The notes beneath the pieces were generated by a model. The model was not told where the DNA came from, made no database searches, and saw only the letters and a list, made by a program, of their open reading frames with translations. Made by a program: the position numbers and the translations under genes. Below, piece after piece: positions 35,801-45,101 of a stretch of DNA of 55,308 nucleotides. Where the stretch lies: the IMG/VR virus record IMGVR_UViG_3300025585_000054, positions 1 through 55,308 of that record; one strand, written 5' to 3'. Within the stretch, counting starts at the first letter, position 1. Every line of letters begins with the position of its first letter. Source of the stretch: a virus (lineage: Duplodnaviria > Caudoviricetes).

Positions 35801-36382
35801 CGAGCGTAAATAGCCTTTAGAATCTTTATATATAATAAAATTGCCATCTACCATATTAATAGTAGTTGGTTTAATCCAGCACTCAACAGAAAAAGAAGGA
35901 TTGTCAATAATCGACCATCTATTTTGAGTATCTTTCTGTGAGGAAACAGCATATCCAGCATTGCCCGGCATATATAAGCTAGTAGATAAATTGCCAGCAT
36001 TGTCTTGCACTACACCTGTCTGGCCGAACGTGAAGTCTGTACCCGAAACTCCCTTAACGTAGAGATTATTATATCCAGATTCATCTTGCACAGAATAAAT
36101 ATTTGATGATACTGCTAATGTATTAGCAGCATTATTCATTCTCCAGTGTGTAACCGGTTTTGGTCCGGTATACATACCATCAATGACATCAAATGATTCA
36201 TTAAACCGTGTATAAAAAACTGGATTTTGTTGAGTAATAAATGTCACATAATCGTCTGACGATGAGTAAGCTTTTACATTAGTCAATGAGCGACCATTGA
36301 CCCACTCCGCTTCTACAGAGGGCTCAACTACTTGAGCACTATTTTTTAAGGTTGTATCCAATGAAGCCGTAATATTCTGCAT
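29840..36382 (-). CDS. Large tail tip/hub protein with five LamG-like domains
   Basis: Repeated F(S/T)VE.W.K, W.H.., LYV(N/D)G, IDE.AIY motifs; hub-like C-terminus (RYG...IDNPLIQ...PHLQLGDRI). Confidence 0.8.
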   Translation of the reverse strand: MQNITASLDTTLKNSAQVVEPSVEAEWVNGRSLTNVKAYSSSDDYVTFITQQNPVFYTRFNESFDVIDGMYTGPKPVTHWRMNNAANTLAVSSNIYSVQDESGYNNLYVKGVSGTDFTFGQTGVVQDNAGNLSTSLYMPGNAGYAVSSQKDTQNRWSIIDNPSFSVECWIKPTTINMVDGNFIIYKDSKGYLRSVETGEIQLSSSIPEWTLNLDSGNPKFIIYNSNTGYWKPLENRSNVYVDVKSPNSLVVNQWYHIVAVFDGKTLSLYVNNQLVGSNNVLNGTLMDTTSGSLYVGARYFDWTAVPGIDTSINTKFIGNIDEIAIYNNALNLEDIKQRWRTGSLNIGTALRSPGYNHAHVKDYSGKGRNPFIYNPSGTPTAFAGIDFRPQINGALGTPFIGRKDSASYYFNNGTSIINYQYLTSDNSATGTPVFDGTAKVTVAGWIYVEDKVVSTESIEMIAALGTPSGEFHTTATTSNGSWYVTLRRQTNGAVDLSGSIYNGTVVQPVTFNNIPRNQWVHFVFSVNSLNNAVIMINGNTSTVATSVTATPTMNTNSQWKLFIGGRQSNEGLSKCYISELSISNVNADLTAWSTAYQSVVSANNFKGVNKFYDPLQVINGQDEHTITWAVLDALDENGDVITANGNYYVSEREETLAFTDYEYGWWSKVKSDASGNFTVPQKIYLSFDPIYANYIDLYSSTKYGRIKAGSFRFRDADTGTWTSVNFNLSNSSYIYSIGQTKHIDAIELTINSTLYPYDVARVQEFAPRWIEDISARVVSLEISKNRENFDSSVPLGATGANTCNIVLDNTDLELNPDNTGSSYYGTITPGIKFKIGYNYHTSSGIELLDQGYFYSDNWSIDSDNMTVSVSCRDFSAKMQDATVVDGYLASDITASEAISDLALRSGVPLSKLDIDKNYVSTVLADKPAVFWRLNETSMQQKSLYFNGSTYLYSHPFGDLWAGGAGDGSVSGTQKNTTVASKKVLPRTFYDFPASECTVEFWIKCGSDARNKTILNYATKRFANEFRVSIGSDGRLVTKIQNFAPGQAEPSDASTGFFSDSAIDDNIWHHIAIVVDPALSSAGSGVGVQYYIDGSTGVAAQLAGFTFQPFRPSGQMLIGAGFNAGGIASNVATGPHTLNKTSSIFIGHLREIKIWATTRTQAQIIDGMNKPFNQQKINAYSNYVYKNLILSDNPCGYWPLDIRNSSLHNGTFIRDISGFDRNGTQAGTGITSYEGPIKNEDSSRALHFNSTGVINVSNTTITPFEGTSSTLNATNPVASQYDFSLFSSSLSTEANFSLEFWIKPLAAPLARRCIVSKFESTGLNQEWAAYLTTDLKIQFDVLNTSAAVITTLTSNNAISLSQWSHIVIVASGARLQIFVNGQASNQTFLATGAYALSNLDATLRIGNTPSTPANLNSVLAHVAIYKRALSIESIYKHYIKAGYDDQNVSYENTGRLLCHWPLNQGKFYAYEDLSQDGYAYTASGRRKENIVPNVTKEGNYLFAYTSNTSNSPLSQAMWYSTGAMALKDHAGNHYASLRLGASPNYDEKDVSNYITYNTGSPISSEIEKSITLNNTTSTVKNLGYINHMDDCPMRADILNSFTVEFWFKSSNVSHKQYLFSRENFGSTVTGGTWRIFLDSDGVLKFEIYRFDNNPPYSIIPTGLRSTLTSNTWYHVATTVKVLGSNYILTIYVNGAAYAQYTWATAIAALVENYVKTIIGGHGLTTSNALIGSISNIAIYNYELNLSTVLNHYKRGISLYQYVYSSIGAAGDSYWAEMLKIATADIGMFYFDENDNFVYEHGRSYDDVIDSQHSDVQYEINDGNLISIGSSVTYGITGGLRTYPGLYPVAGTSSYGQYGGATDSTAAIVSGSQTVELQVNKVIVKVYPPLSTTIAKTGIWAAEGNTSLAICTLASNLSATSTDSISLSLTLNPAGIYEPLWPDSGIVKIDNEFIRYKKSTGNTLYDLERGYWGSIAQSHVAGAKVGEAREFSLEWGSSPVYFVSYPFITGIIFDDTVVASNWRFNGLNGYIRLYPSDSVVPSNKYVVLEGNNPVTKLDNYFRVAGIVMSNQQKNKQNIVEISENYKDNIRRYGEKVLEIDNPLIQDAQYAKDLAQYLLQKYALPVPILEVSTIGLPHLQLGDRIKINTFDRLSILNGEYWIMSINMSYNGGIEQKMTLRKVS

Positions 36383-36807
36383 TATTGCTCCTTAAGATCC
36401 AGCTTAACTTCATACCAAATATTATTGCTAATATAATCTCTACGAATAATATCTTCACTATAACTCTCTACCCAAACTGTGTAGGATGTAGTCTGACCTA
36501 CTGGGCTACCGGAAGCGGTACGTTGCAGGCTTAAAGTTAAAGGGCCGCCAATATAGTCGGTTAATTCTTTGATTTTATCGCGTGCATACTTTCCATCATA
36601 CGTCTTCAAGTGAGAGCTAGGCAAGAAAGTCCATGATAAGCTAAAGCTATACTTAACAGCCATAAAATATTTTTTTACTATTCCGTTGGATAGCGTTACA
36701 GGAACCGACCTTTCATCCCGAGCCATCGAGAATGTCCTTCCCTGATCGGTCAGGGGGAACGCCGTTCCTCCAAATTCTCCTAATGTTACAAAATTGTTAA
36801 GAGCCAT
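36382..36807 (-). CDS. Distal tail (Dit-like) protein
   Basis: Immediately after TMP; K..FSLSW..LP and C-terminal L.E. Confidence 0.6.
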   Translation of the reverse strand: MALNNFVTLGEFGGTAFPLTDQGRTFSMARDERSVPVTLSNGIVKKYFMAVKYSFSLSWTFLPSSHLKTYDGKYARDKIKELTDYIGGPLTLSLQRTASGSPVGQTTSYTVWVESYSEDIIRRDYISNNIWYEVKLDLKEQ

Positions 36808-39800
36808 TAAATTCTACCGGTCCTGTATGCATTGTCTTGATAGGAAGTAACTTTCCTATTCATTGTACCATAAGAACGTTGTTTGTTGGGGGCAACTTTG
36901 ACACCATATTCTGCCATCATTGATTCGAACCACTGAGGTTGACCGATGAAGTTGTCTACATAGATCGTGACACCGCCGGATTCTTCGCCACCCATGTAAG
37001 GGGCACATTCCTTCAAGGCTGACACCATTGCCGTCTTCATGCTGCCTTCGAATCTACCCATAGAAGCAGCAGCAGGCTGGAAGCTATTGGCAAAGTTCTT
37101 GAGGCCATTGGGGAGGGGGATGACAGCTTCGTCGTATCGACCTTCACCGATGTTGGCCATGATGCCACCCGGACGACTCTTTACGATACCGCCAGTAGCA
37201 AGACCGGGAATCGGGCTGCCCAAGTAGCTCTCCAGCATGGAGACATTTGGACCATTATTTGGTCTACCGATTCCAAGATCTAAGAACTTCACATAAGCTC
37301 TAACACCGGCGGTAAGAGATTTAAAGATTTTGTCAATATCAATTAAAAATCGGGGAGTCTTAAAGCGAATCTCTGTTCCAAAAATTTCATTGAGTCGTTG
37401 CTCAATGCCCGATCTAATTCCGCCAGTCGTGACATCGAAATCGATATAGATTTTTCCTTTGCGTTGTACGTTGAGTAAAGGTCGCAATAGTGTCTCAAAA
37501 GACTCTTTAAGAACAGCAACAACTTTTTCATTTAATATACCGGCAGCAATACCTAAGGTAATAGGCTGACCTACTTCACGACCGAAGCGACGAGACGGAG
37601 ATGCAATTTCATTATCTTTTTTGACAGCAGTATTGGCTTTATCTACGCTGGCTTTTAAGTTATCACCCATCTGCTTAGTAGCTTTAGTGTCTTTTGCCCC
37701 CTCAGCGATACCTGCAGCTAAATCAGATCCTGTCTTTTTTGCCTTTTGCTTCATTTTTTCATCGTAGATTCTGGTGGGATTGAAAAGATTTTTTATGTCA
37801 TCTACAAAGTTACCTAAAAATCCTTTATCTGTTTTTCCAGGACCAAGCTTCGATTTATCTACAGGATTTAATCTAAAGAATTCTCTATCTTGCGCTTGAA
37901 TAAGATCTACTTTACTTTGCGCTATTTCTTCTTTAGCTTTCTCTATAGCATTACGATACAAACCTTTAACAGGTTTTTTGCCTTGAGCACGCATGTCTTC
38001 TTCATATTTTCTTTTTTGAGCACGCACTTTTTCTAGATTTGCTCTAGCAGTTTCAATGGCATCTTTTTTTGCTCCAATTGATTTACGACCCATTCTTCTT
38101 TCGGCTGGCGTAACCGTATCTGGTGTTTCCTCAATAAAATTATAAATACTAGCTTCTTTCATTCTGTTAAAGAATTCTTCAGTGGTTCCGCCTTGCCTCA
38201 TAAAAGCATCATAATTTTGTCTTAATTTCAGATCACCCTTAGTGACCGGCATCGTGATGCGACGATTAGTTCTATCAATAAATGCCTGACGTTTCTTAGC
38301 CGCCTCCTGCAGTCTTGCATTGTCGCGATCCTTAACTGACTGATACATCATGTCTTTAGCGGCCATAGGGGTTCCAGCAGGAGTTAATGGCGCCGGAGTA
38401 GCGTTAAGAACTAATCTTTGATAGTGAGCAAAAGTTCCTTGATCAGATAGGTATCGCTTTTCTTCCGGGGTGAAATTGGCCCACTTAGATGCCATATCTG
38501 AAGCTTTCCCAGAAAGCATATCGGCTAGCTTGTAGCGAACAGAGTCTTTTACTTTTGGCTTAGAGGGACCGACAGCAGCCCCGTCTGGTGTCCTTCCTCC
38601 GCCTTCTGGGTATGCACCGCCTCCGTCTTCTTCTCCAGCATCGACGCCTGCGATGGCTCCAGAGACGGCACCAGCGGCGTCTTGAGCGGCCTTAATAAGG
38701 TTTTGCAGAGGGACGCCCGACATTCTAGAGATCCAGCCTAAGACAGCAGTATCAACCCACTCACCATTCCAAAAACCTGAAGCCAAAATTTCCATCTTGG
38801 CATTATCCGAAGCTGTCTTGAATACCTGCATCCCATCCATAAAGCTGCCGGTAATCATGGGCATACCATATGCTGCGATTGTATTGTTAATTTGATCCAT
38901 CATGGCACGCCACTCGGCATCTGTTCTTGGTGTATATTGAGTAATTAAGTCAATTTGCTTCTTCAGGTTTTCTTCCTGCACCTTCCGCAATTCTTCTGCG
39001 GCAGACTTGGCCTCCTGAATTTGCTGTCGTTGAATATCTCGTTGCTTCTTGAGCAGATCACGGGCTCTCGCGCTATCCAGATCTGCAATCGCCTTATTGT
39101 TTGCAGTGTTAGTTTGACTAAACTCCAGATCTAACATTCGGGCGTCATCAATACGCCCTTCATATACAGCAAGAGCACGATTACGAACATAGTTCTGCTG
39201 ATCCAGCGAACGCTTGTTCAGGGCGTCGCGACGGCTCTGCAGGTATTCCTGAGTTGCCAGAAGCTCTTCTTCTTTCTTCTCTAGGTCATCAATAGCCTTA
39301 ATTTGATCGTCGTAAACCTTGAGTCTATCTTCCCAAATTTTATTAAAAGATTTATCTAGTGTATTTTTTAATTCATTAATAGTTTCCTCAAGTTTAGATT
39401 TTAATGTACTCAAGAAATTATCCCATATGCTAGCCATTTTATCTGCTGTACCTTGGGTGGCATCGGTATTTTGATCTTCATCACTTGGGATATCTGCTTC
39501 ATCACCTTTAGTTACTTGACTAGTTCTTCTGCGCGATCTGGCATCGTAGTCATTTTCACCAAAAAATGTTGGTTTAATTTCTACTTCTGCTTGAATCCCA
39601 CCAATTTTAGTATCAATCCAGTTCTTTAAGCTTTTTTCTAGATTAAAACTTTGAGCGAAGTTTTGAATTCTTTTTTGAATACCCTTAGCTCCAAAAATAC
39701 CGGCAATACCACTTGCTAATTTAGCTATACTTCTAAACATCATTGAAATGACAGCTAAAAATGGCCGCATTGCACTAATGACAAATTTAAAAAAGGAAGC

Positions 39801-42800
39801 AAAAGCAAGTCGCAGATATTGCACAGCATTACTAGCATCTCCAGTAAATAGAGCAGCTACTGCTTTAATAATATTGATAATCACACCCATCTGGCCAGTA
39901 ACCAGATCTGCAATCCACCTAAAGACTGGTGCCAAGGCAGTTATAGCTTTAGCTATCACAATCACTAATTTAGAGAAAATAGTAATAATGCCACCAATTA
40001 CGACACCAATTGACTCCCATATACTCTTGTTATCAGCAGCCGCTTTATTACTCTCTGAGGAGAGGCTGCCGAAGGCGTCCGTAAAGATTTTGCCCACACC
40101 TTTAAACGCATTTAGTAATTGCTCCCAAGCTTTTTTGATCGCATCAATACCGGGCTTCAAACCCTTGTAGACCTCATCCCAATTTTTGATAATCCCAAAA
40201 ATGGCGACGCCAACTGCTATTATCAATGGAAGGAAAACTGTAAATTGACCAAATATAGTACCCATGCTAGCTAGCGGCTTCAGAATTCCAAGAACCCCCT
40301 TGGCACCGCCGGTAAATAAATTAGCAAAGCCCCCCATAGCCCCCTTGGCACCACCTTTAATTGTGCTCTTCACGCCAACAGTTTTTACTGCCGTGCCTAA
40401 AGATTTAGTGCCCGTTTCACGAGCAAAGCCTGAAGTTGCTGCGTCTATTGTAGAAGACATAAGCGATGAAACATTGGCACTTACTTTACTTAATTTTCCT
40501 GCCACGGACTTAGCAGCCTTGCTGCCTCGCATGACACGAACACTTTTTCCTTTTTCGTCCTCAACGACCTGAGTGACCATTGCCCTGAATGGCGACGCTA
40601 GCGCACCAAAAATTTGCGTATATCCCTTAGCCATTCCACGCAGCGGTGACATCATTGTTCTTCTAACTGCTGGCTGCATAGCCTTAGTTGTTGCTTTTAT
40701 TCTAGTCCCCGGCATAAAAGATGGATCAGCAATTAAGGCTTCTAATTGCCTTCCGACAGGTCCGGTAATCGTAGCCTCTGCGCCCTGCCCTAGTGCCCTA
40801 CCAGAAATTACTCTTTTGAGTTGACCACGGAGTTTACCTCTTGCCAACGTGGTAGTTGGTGCAATCATTTCCGGTGTTGTGGTCATAGCAGTTAAGAGCT
40901 GCTTAGCCTGAGCATTTTTTGCTGCCAGCTGTGTAAGACTACTTAAATCTCCTGCCAGAATTTTTTTAATGGATTTTTTAGTTAAAAGCCCCTGTTGTTT
41001 AAAAGCAATTAATTCTCGAATATACTGCTTTCTATGATCAGTCATATAAGCTTGTAAATCACGAGCATTTAAATCCATTGCTGATTGCACATCTGCTAGT
41101 GCCTGCGCAAACTGGACTTCAGGTCTTCCTAGGCCTGTGGGTTTAAAAACCTTAATAGTCCTAGAGCGGGGTTGATTAAAGGCAGCCCCACTAACTCGGC
41201 GGCCTGTTCCGACCCTGCTGCTTTTGCCCCTCTTTCTTCTGGGGCCTTCAGTTACCGTTTCTTCCGTATATGGAATTTCTGGTATATCCACACGCGGGGG
41301 CGTAACCCCAGCCTCCATGAGGGCTTGAATCATAGCTCTTCTATCGCCAATTGGAATACCGAGAGAGCCAGTTCCTATTTGATTAATGCTCTCTAAAGCT
41401 CTAGCAAATGGATCTTGACCTTTACGTCCAAACAGCCTGTATCCGACCGGCATACGCCCAGCGGCCGCCTGAGACGCAGCGAAGTCCGGGTCTGCTAGCA
41501 TCCGGCGCGTCACAGGAGAGGCTATTCCACTATCGGTAGCGCCAAAGAAAGATTTTATCCTTTGTCGCGTCGTCTGCAGTGCTGATGTTGTTGCTGCCCC
41601 GGCTTGCGTTGCCCCCAAAGTCTGCCTTAGCGTAGCGGCTTTTGGCGCTGCCGTTAATGGTTCGCTTAAAGGACCCTGCAAGTATTTTGCCGCACCGGCA
41701 GCCCATTTTGTAGGACCAATATTTCTTCCAAAAAGCATTTGATTACGCTGAATGCCGGAAAACGACTTAAATGGCATAGCGCCAGATGAAGCTGACCCCA
41801 TTCGCGCAGATGCAAGACGTTCTTCTGCAGCAGTTTGAGCATTCGTTGCTAGGAGGTCGGCTTTTCTAAAGCCAAATAATTTAGCAAAGAAAGATGCTAT
41901 CCTGCCTTCCTTATTCAACCAAATGAAACGATCTTCCGACATCATTATTAGACTGCCTAATTCTGCATTAAGCATTCCCATGTTATGCAACATGGTTGCT
42001 GTCGCTCCAGATAAAGTCTTGAAACCCGGAAGCAATGTAGCAATAACAGTTGTAACGATACCAGCAAATGTCTTGATGCTGCCGAACAAAACTACAATTG
42101 GACCAAGGGCTGCAATTAGACCAAGAACTGCTACTGTAGCTTGTTTAATCTGCTCACTTAGATTATCAAACCAAGTTAAAACTTTAATTAAAATATTGCT
42201 TAATCTAATTAAATAAGGAAATAAAACACGCCCGATTTCTGCACCTAGCATTTTTACAGTCTGCATTAATACCTGATATTTAATAGGATCAGACTTTAAT
42301 TTGATAGCGATTTCTTGAGCAGACAGGTCCTTAAGGCGCTTTGAAAGTTTTTCAATGTTATCTGAAGTAATCGTGGCCCAGCCATTACTCGCGATTAAAC
42401 CTCTAATAAAACCTTGCGTTAAAACCTCATCTTTTAACAGTTCTTTTCCATATTCTTGCATAATAGGAATTAATTCTTTATAAGATGCTTGTTGGATATC
42501 AATGCCCTTACTTGCCGCCATCTGCATAGCTTGGCTATTATTTTGAATAGCCATGCGAACTTGATCCATACCAGTATTAATAGACTCTACTGTTGGGACG
42601 AAAGTTTTAATTTGACGCTTAGATACCAGCTCAGAAAATACTTGAGTTGCAGCTACTTTGCCTTGAGTTTGCAGCAGATAACGATACATTTCGCTTAATT
42701 TGATTAAGCGCTCCATGCCATTGCCTATATTTTGAACACCCTGAAGTGCTCCAACCCCAAAGGCTTTGTCGAAGACCTCAGCAGCTTTTTTAGTTGGACT

Positions 42801-44456
42801 TAAAATTCGCGTAAAGGTAAAGTTTAATCCCGTTGCGGCTGTTTTAATAGCAATGCCTCTATCGTAAAGACCAGTTAGCGTAGAGGCTAACTCACCGGCA
42901 CTCAATCCAAAAAGCTTGGCGGCACCCGCAGCAACAGGCATTGCATCTGCTAATTGATTAAGGTTAATCGCAGTTTTGTTTTCAATTTGGTTTAACTGAT
43001 CGACAATAAAGTTGGTGCCAGCAATTTCATCTTTAAATCCGGCAACACCGGGCTGGCCGCTCACAAAAACTTTAAGCATGGTGCGGTAGAAGTCAGTTGC
43101 AGTCTTAATACCAATGTCACCAAGAGTAGCTGTGTACATGATTTGTTCAGCCATCTGATTTGCTTCAGAATTGACGCCACGGATTTCATAACCCATAGCA
43201 ACTATATCGCCAGTCAAAGCAGAAGCAGATTTTTGACTTACACCAAATTTAGTAACGAGGTCTGCAATGCCAGCTCTAATATTTTGCATTTGACGCTCGC
43301 CTTGTGGCGTATTAACTTTAATATTACCTACTTTTTGAATACGGGTAATTTCTTGAGCAACTGACATGTATAACTGCACAGCACGACGGGCACCAGCTAG
43401 CAATGGCAAGCTTAAGCTAAAGCTTAAGTTTTGACCCAGCCATCGCGCCTGTTTTCCAGCATCGCTCATTTTACGCCCTAACGCAGTAAGTGGTTCTTTT
43501 AACTGTCCATATTTCAGTTTTAAGCGCTCAGCATGAGAAATAGCCTGTGTAAAGGTAATCTGTTCTTTGCGAGCAAACTGCTGCATTTGCTGTGAACCCA
43601 TCTTGCCAAATGGCATCTGCATCCATTCGCCTTGAAGATTTTTTCCCGCTGGGAAAAGACCGGGCATTCCGGAGGCGCTGCCTTTAGTTTGACTGCCAAC
43701 GTCTTTCATAAACGATGTAAATGCACGCCTTTGACGCAATACAGAGCCTATAGATAAACTTTGATATGACGGAGCTCTAAACAAAGATTCAACAGCTTGT
43801 GATTGCTGCCGATATGCCCGTTGCATTACCTTTGTTTCATTAACAGTAGTACGCGCAAGACGCTTCTGGGCTTTTTCGTGTGCTTCTAAGGCTCTAGCAG
43901 CTGAACTGCTGGCGGTCTTGGCTGACTTGGCCATAGACTGAATGCTCTTGAGCACATCATCAATCTTTTTCTCAATAGACGCAAGTGAATCTTTTAAACC
44001 CTTGCCAAAAGAAACTGCATCCTTGCCCATCTTTTCAGCAGATGCTTTAATTTCTTTGGCTGCCGCCTGAATATCACGTTTAGCCTCTGCCGTGGCTTTG
44101 CTTATGCCCTGAAATGACTTTTCAATCTTTTCGGCATTTTTTACAACTTGACGTTCGAGTTTTTTAGTTTCGGCAATGCCAGCTTTGGTGATCTTCTCTA
44201 GCTGCTTAGTAGTATGATTGGCTACTTTTGTGATAGATGTTTGGATCGTAGCAAAATTTTTATTTATTGCTCCAGCAACTGTTCTAGAGGTAGACTTTAA
44301 ACTATTGAGACCTTCCTTAATATCGGCAGTAGAATTAGTTATATTAGTCGATGAACGCCTAACTTGATTGGCAAGCGTCTTAATGTCCTTCATGAGGTCA
44401 TCAAGTTGCTTGCCAGTTACTTCTACACCAAATTTAAGTTTAGGGGTTGTGGCCAT
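36807..44456 (-). CDS. Tape measure protein
   Basis: ~2550 aa helical, TP901-like core, aromatic repeats, C-terminal ATGGIV...GEG..EAVIPL; follows the chaperones. Confidence 0.92.
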   Translation of the reverse strand: MATTPKLKFGVEVTGKQLDDLMKDIKTLANQVRRSSTNITNSTADIKEGLNSLKSTSRTVAGAINKNFATIQTSITKVANHTTKQLEKITKAGIAETKKLERQVVKNAEKIEKSFQGISKATAEAKRDIQAAAKEIKASAEKMGKDAVSFGKGLKDSLASIEKKIDDVLKSIQSMAKSAKTASSSAARALEAHEKAQKRLARTTVNETKVMQRAYRQQSQAVESLFRAPSYQSLSIGSVLRQRRAFTSFMKDVGSQTKGSASGMPGLFPAGKNLQGEWMQMPFGKMGSQQMQQFARKEQITFTQAISHAERLKLKYGQLKEPLTALGRKMSDAGKQARWLGQNLSFSLSLPLLAGARRAVQLYMSVAQEITRIQKVGNIKVNTPQGERQMQNIRAGIADLVTKFGVSQKSASALTGDIVAMGYEIRGVNSEANQMAEQIMYTATLGDIGIKTATDFYRTMLKVFVSGQPGVAGFKDEIAGTNFIVDQLNQIENKTAINLNQLADAMPVAAGAAKLFGLSAGELASTLTGLYDRGIAIKTAATGLNFTFTRILSPTKKAAEVFDKAFGVGALQGVQNIGNGMERLIKLSEMYRYLLQTQGKVAATQVFSELVSKRQIKTFVPTVESINTGMDQVRMAIQNNSQAMQMAASKGIDIQQASYKELIPIMQEYGKELLKDEVLTQGFIRGLIASNGWATITSDNIEKLSKRLKDLSAQEIAIKLKSDPIKYQVLMQTVKMLGAEIGRVLFPYLIRLSNILIKVLTWFDNLSEQIKQATVAVLGLIAALGPIVVLFGSIKTFAGIVTTVIATLLPGFKTLSGATATMLHNMGMLNAELGSLIMMSEDRFIWLNKEGRIASFFAKLFGFRKADLLATNAQTAAEERLASARMGSASSGAMPFKSFSGIQRNQMLFGRNIGPTKWAAGAAKYLQGPLSEPLTAAPKAATLRQTLGATQAGAATTSALQTTRQRIKSFFGATDSGIASPVTRRMLADPDFAASQAAAGRMPVGYRLFGRKGQDPFARALESINQIGTGSLGIPIGDRRAMIQALMEAGVTPPRVDIPEIPYTEETVTEGPRRKRGKSSRVGTGRRVSGAAFNQPRSRTIKVFKPTGLGRPEVQFAQALADVQSAMDLNARDLQAYMTDHRKQYIRELIAFKQQGLLTKKSIKKILAGDLSSLTQLAAKNAQAKQLLTAMTTTPEMIAPTTTLARGKLRGQLKRVISGRALGQGAEATITGPVGRQLEALIADPSFMPGTRIKATTKAMQPAVRRTMMSPLRGMAKGYTQIFGALASPFRAMVTQVVEDEKGKSVRVMRGSKAAKSVAGKLSKVSANVSSLMSSTIDAATSGFARETGTKSLGTAVKTVGVKSTIKGGAKGAMGGFANLFTGGAKGVLGILKPLASMGTIFGQFTVFLPLIIAVGVAIFGIIKNWDEVYKGLKPGIDAIKKAWEQLLNAFKGVGKIFTDAFGSLSSESNKAAADNKSIWESIGVVIGGIITIFSKLVIVIAKAITALAPVFRWIADLVTGQMGVIINIIKAVAALFTGDASNAVQYLRLAFASFFKFVISAMRPFLAVISMMFRSIAKLASGIAGIFGAKGIQKRIQNFAQSFNLEKSLKNWIDTKIGGIQAEVEIKPTFFGENDYDARSRRRTSQVTKGDEADIPSDEDQNTDATQGTADKMASIWDNFLSTLKSKLEETINELKNTLDKSFNKIWEDRLKVYDDQIKAIDDLEKKEEELLATQEYLQSRRDALNKRSLDQQNYVRNRALAVYEGRIDDARMLDLEFSQTNTANNKAIADLDSARARDLLKKQRDIQRQQIQEAKSAAEELRKVQEENLKKQIDLITQYTPRTDAEWRAMMDQINNTIAAYGMPMITGSFMDGMQVFKTASDNAKMEILASGFWNGEWVDTAVLGWISRMSGVPLQNLIKAAQDAAGAVSGAIAGVDAGEEDGGGAYPEGGGRTPDGAAVGPSKPKVKDSVRYKLADMLSGKASDMASKWANFTPEEKRYLSDQGTFAHYQRLVLNATPAPLTPAGTPMAAKDMMYQSVKDRDNARLQEAAKKRQAFIDRTNRRITMPVTKGDLKLRQNYDAFMRQGGTTEEFFNRMKEASIYNFIEETPDTVTPAERRMGRKSIGAKKDAIETARANLEKVRAQKRKYEEDMRAQGKKPVKGLYRNAIEKAKEEIAQSKVDLIQAQDREFFRLNPVDKSKLGPGKTDKGFLGNFVDDIKNLFNPTRIYDEKMKQKAKKTGSDLAAGIAEGAKDTKATKQMGDNLKASVDKANTAVKKDNEIASPSRRFGREVGQPITLGIAAGILNEKVVAVLKESFETLLRPLLNVQRKGKIYIDFDVTTGGIRSGIEQRLNEIFGTEIRFKTPRFLIDIDKIFKSLTAGVRAYVKFLDLGIGRPNNGPNVSMLESYLGSPIPGLATGGIVKSRPGGIMANIGEGRYDEAVIPLPNGLKNFANSFQPAAASMGRFEGSMKTAMVSALKECAPYMGGEESGGVTIYVDNFIGQPQWFESMMAEYGVKVAPNKQRSYGTMNRKVTSYQDNAYRTGRI

Positions 44457-44457
44457 A

Positions 44458-44784
44458 CTACTCCATTGTCTCATAGCCTATACTAATAGGCAAAAAGCCG
44501 AGGTCATTACTCCCGGCAATATTATAACCTTGTTGTGAGGGGCTGTCGTCAGAAACATCGGCACCCATTGCCGCAGCCATTGTCTTCATAAGCCTCTGCT
44601 GGCGCTCCAAGGTTGAGTCATACAACTCCAAAAGTTCCTCCAGAGTGAGAGAATCTTCCATCTGATAAAAGTTAATCCATGCCCCGCATTCGCAAAAAAC
44701 TTCTTTTTCATAGGTAAGGAGGGGGAGGTCATCAAAGTGAAGTCCTTCACCCGATGACGACCCCCCCTCCGTTACTCGTTTGGG
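44458..44784 (-). CDS. -1 frameshift extension of the tail chaperone (GT-like)
   Basis: From CCCAAAC (44778-44784) the -1 frame is open: RVTEGGSSSGEGLHFDDLPLLTYEKEVFCECGAWINFYQ then MEDSLTLEELL... Confidence 0.85.
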   Translation of the reverse strand, partial: PKRVTEGGSSSGEGLHFDDLPLLTYEKEVFCECGAWINFYQMEDSLTLEELLELYDSTLERQQRLMKTMAAAMGADVSDDSPSQQGYNIAGSNDLGFLPISIGYETME

Positions 44785-45074
44785 TCTGCGCCCATTGCCG
44801 CATTGAGGATTGCATTGAAAGTTCTGATGTCCAACGAATCTTCGATGGCGTCAGTGTCTTTCGATAACTCTGGAGCAGCCTTCTCAAGGGCGATACTTGC
44901 AGCTTCAACCATCTTGTCAATGTCGCTGTCGCTCAGTTCTGTCTGATCCTCAAAATTCAGATCACCCACAACCTTCACGAATCTGCGAAGCTGACGGATA
45001 GTCAGAGGACGAACCTCTACTGTTTCCTCACCAATTGAAATCTTTGTTCCAGTTACTAAGTCCTTGTTGCTCAC
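44772..45074 (-). CDS. Tail assembly chaperone (G-like)
   Basis: Between major tail gene and TMP; ends at slippery GAC CCA AAC. Confidence 0.85.
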   Translation of the reverse strand: MSNKDLVTGTKISIGEETVEVRPLTIRQLRRFVKVVGDLNFEDQTELSDSDIDKMVEAASIALEKAAPELSKDTDAIEDSLDIRTFNAILNAAMGADPNE

Positions 45075-45101
45075 AAAGACTCACCTCCTAATCTATTTTT
45101 A

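Noticed and set aside
27015-36382. Diversity-generating retroelement acting on the tail genes
   Set aside because: No reverse transcriptase and no adenine-variable TR/VR pair noticed in this window
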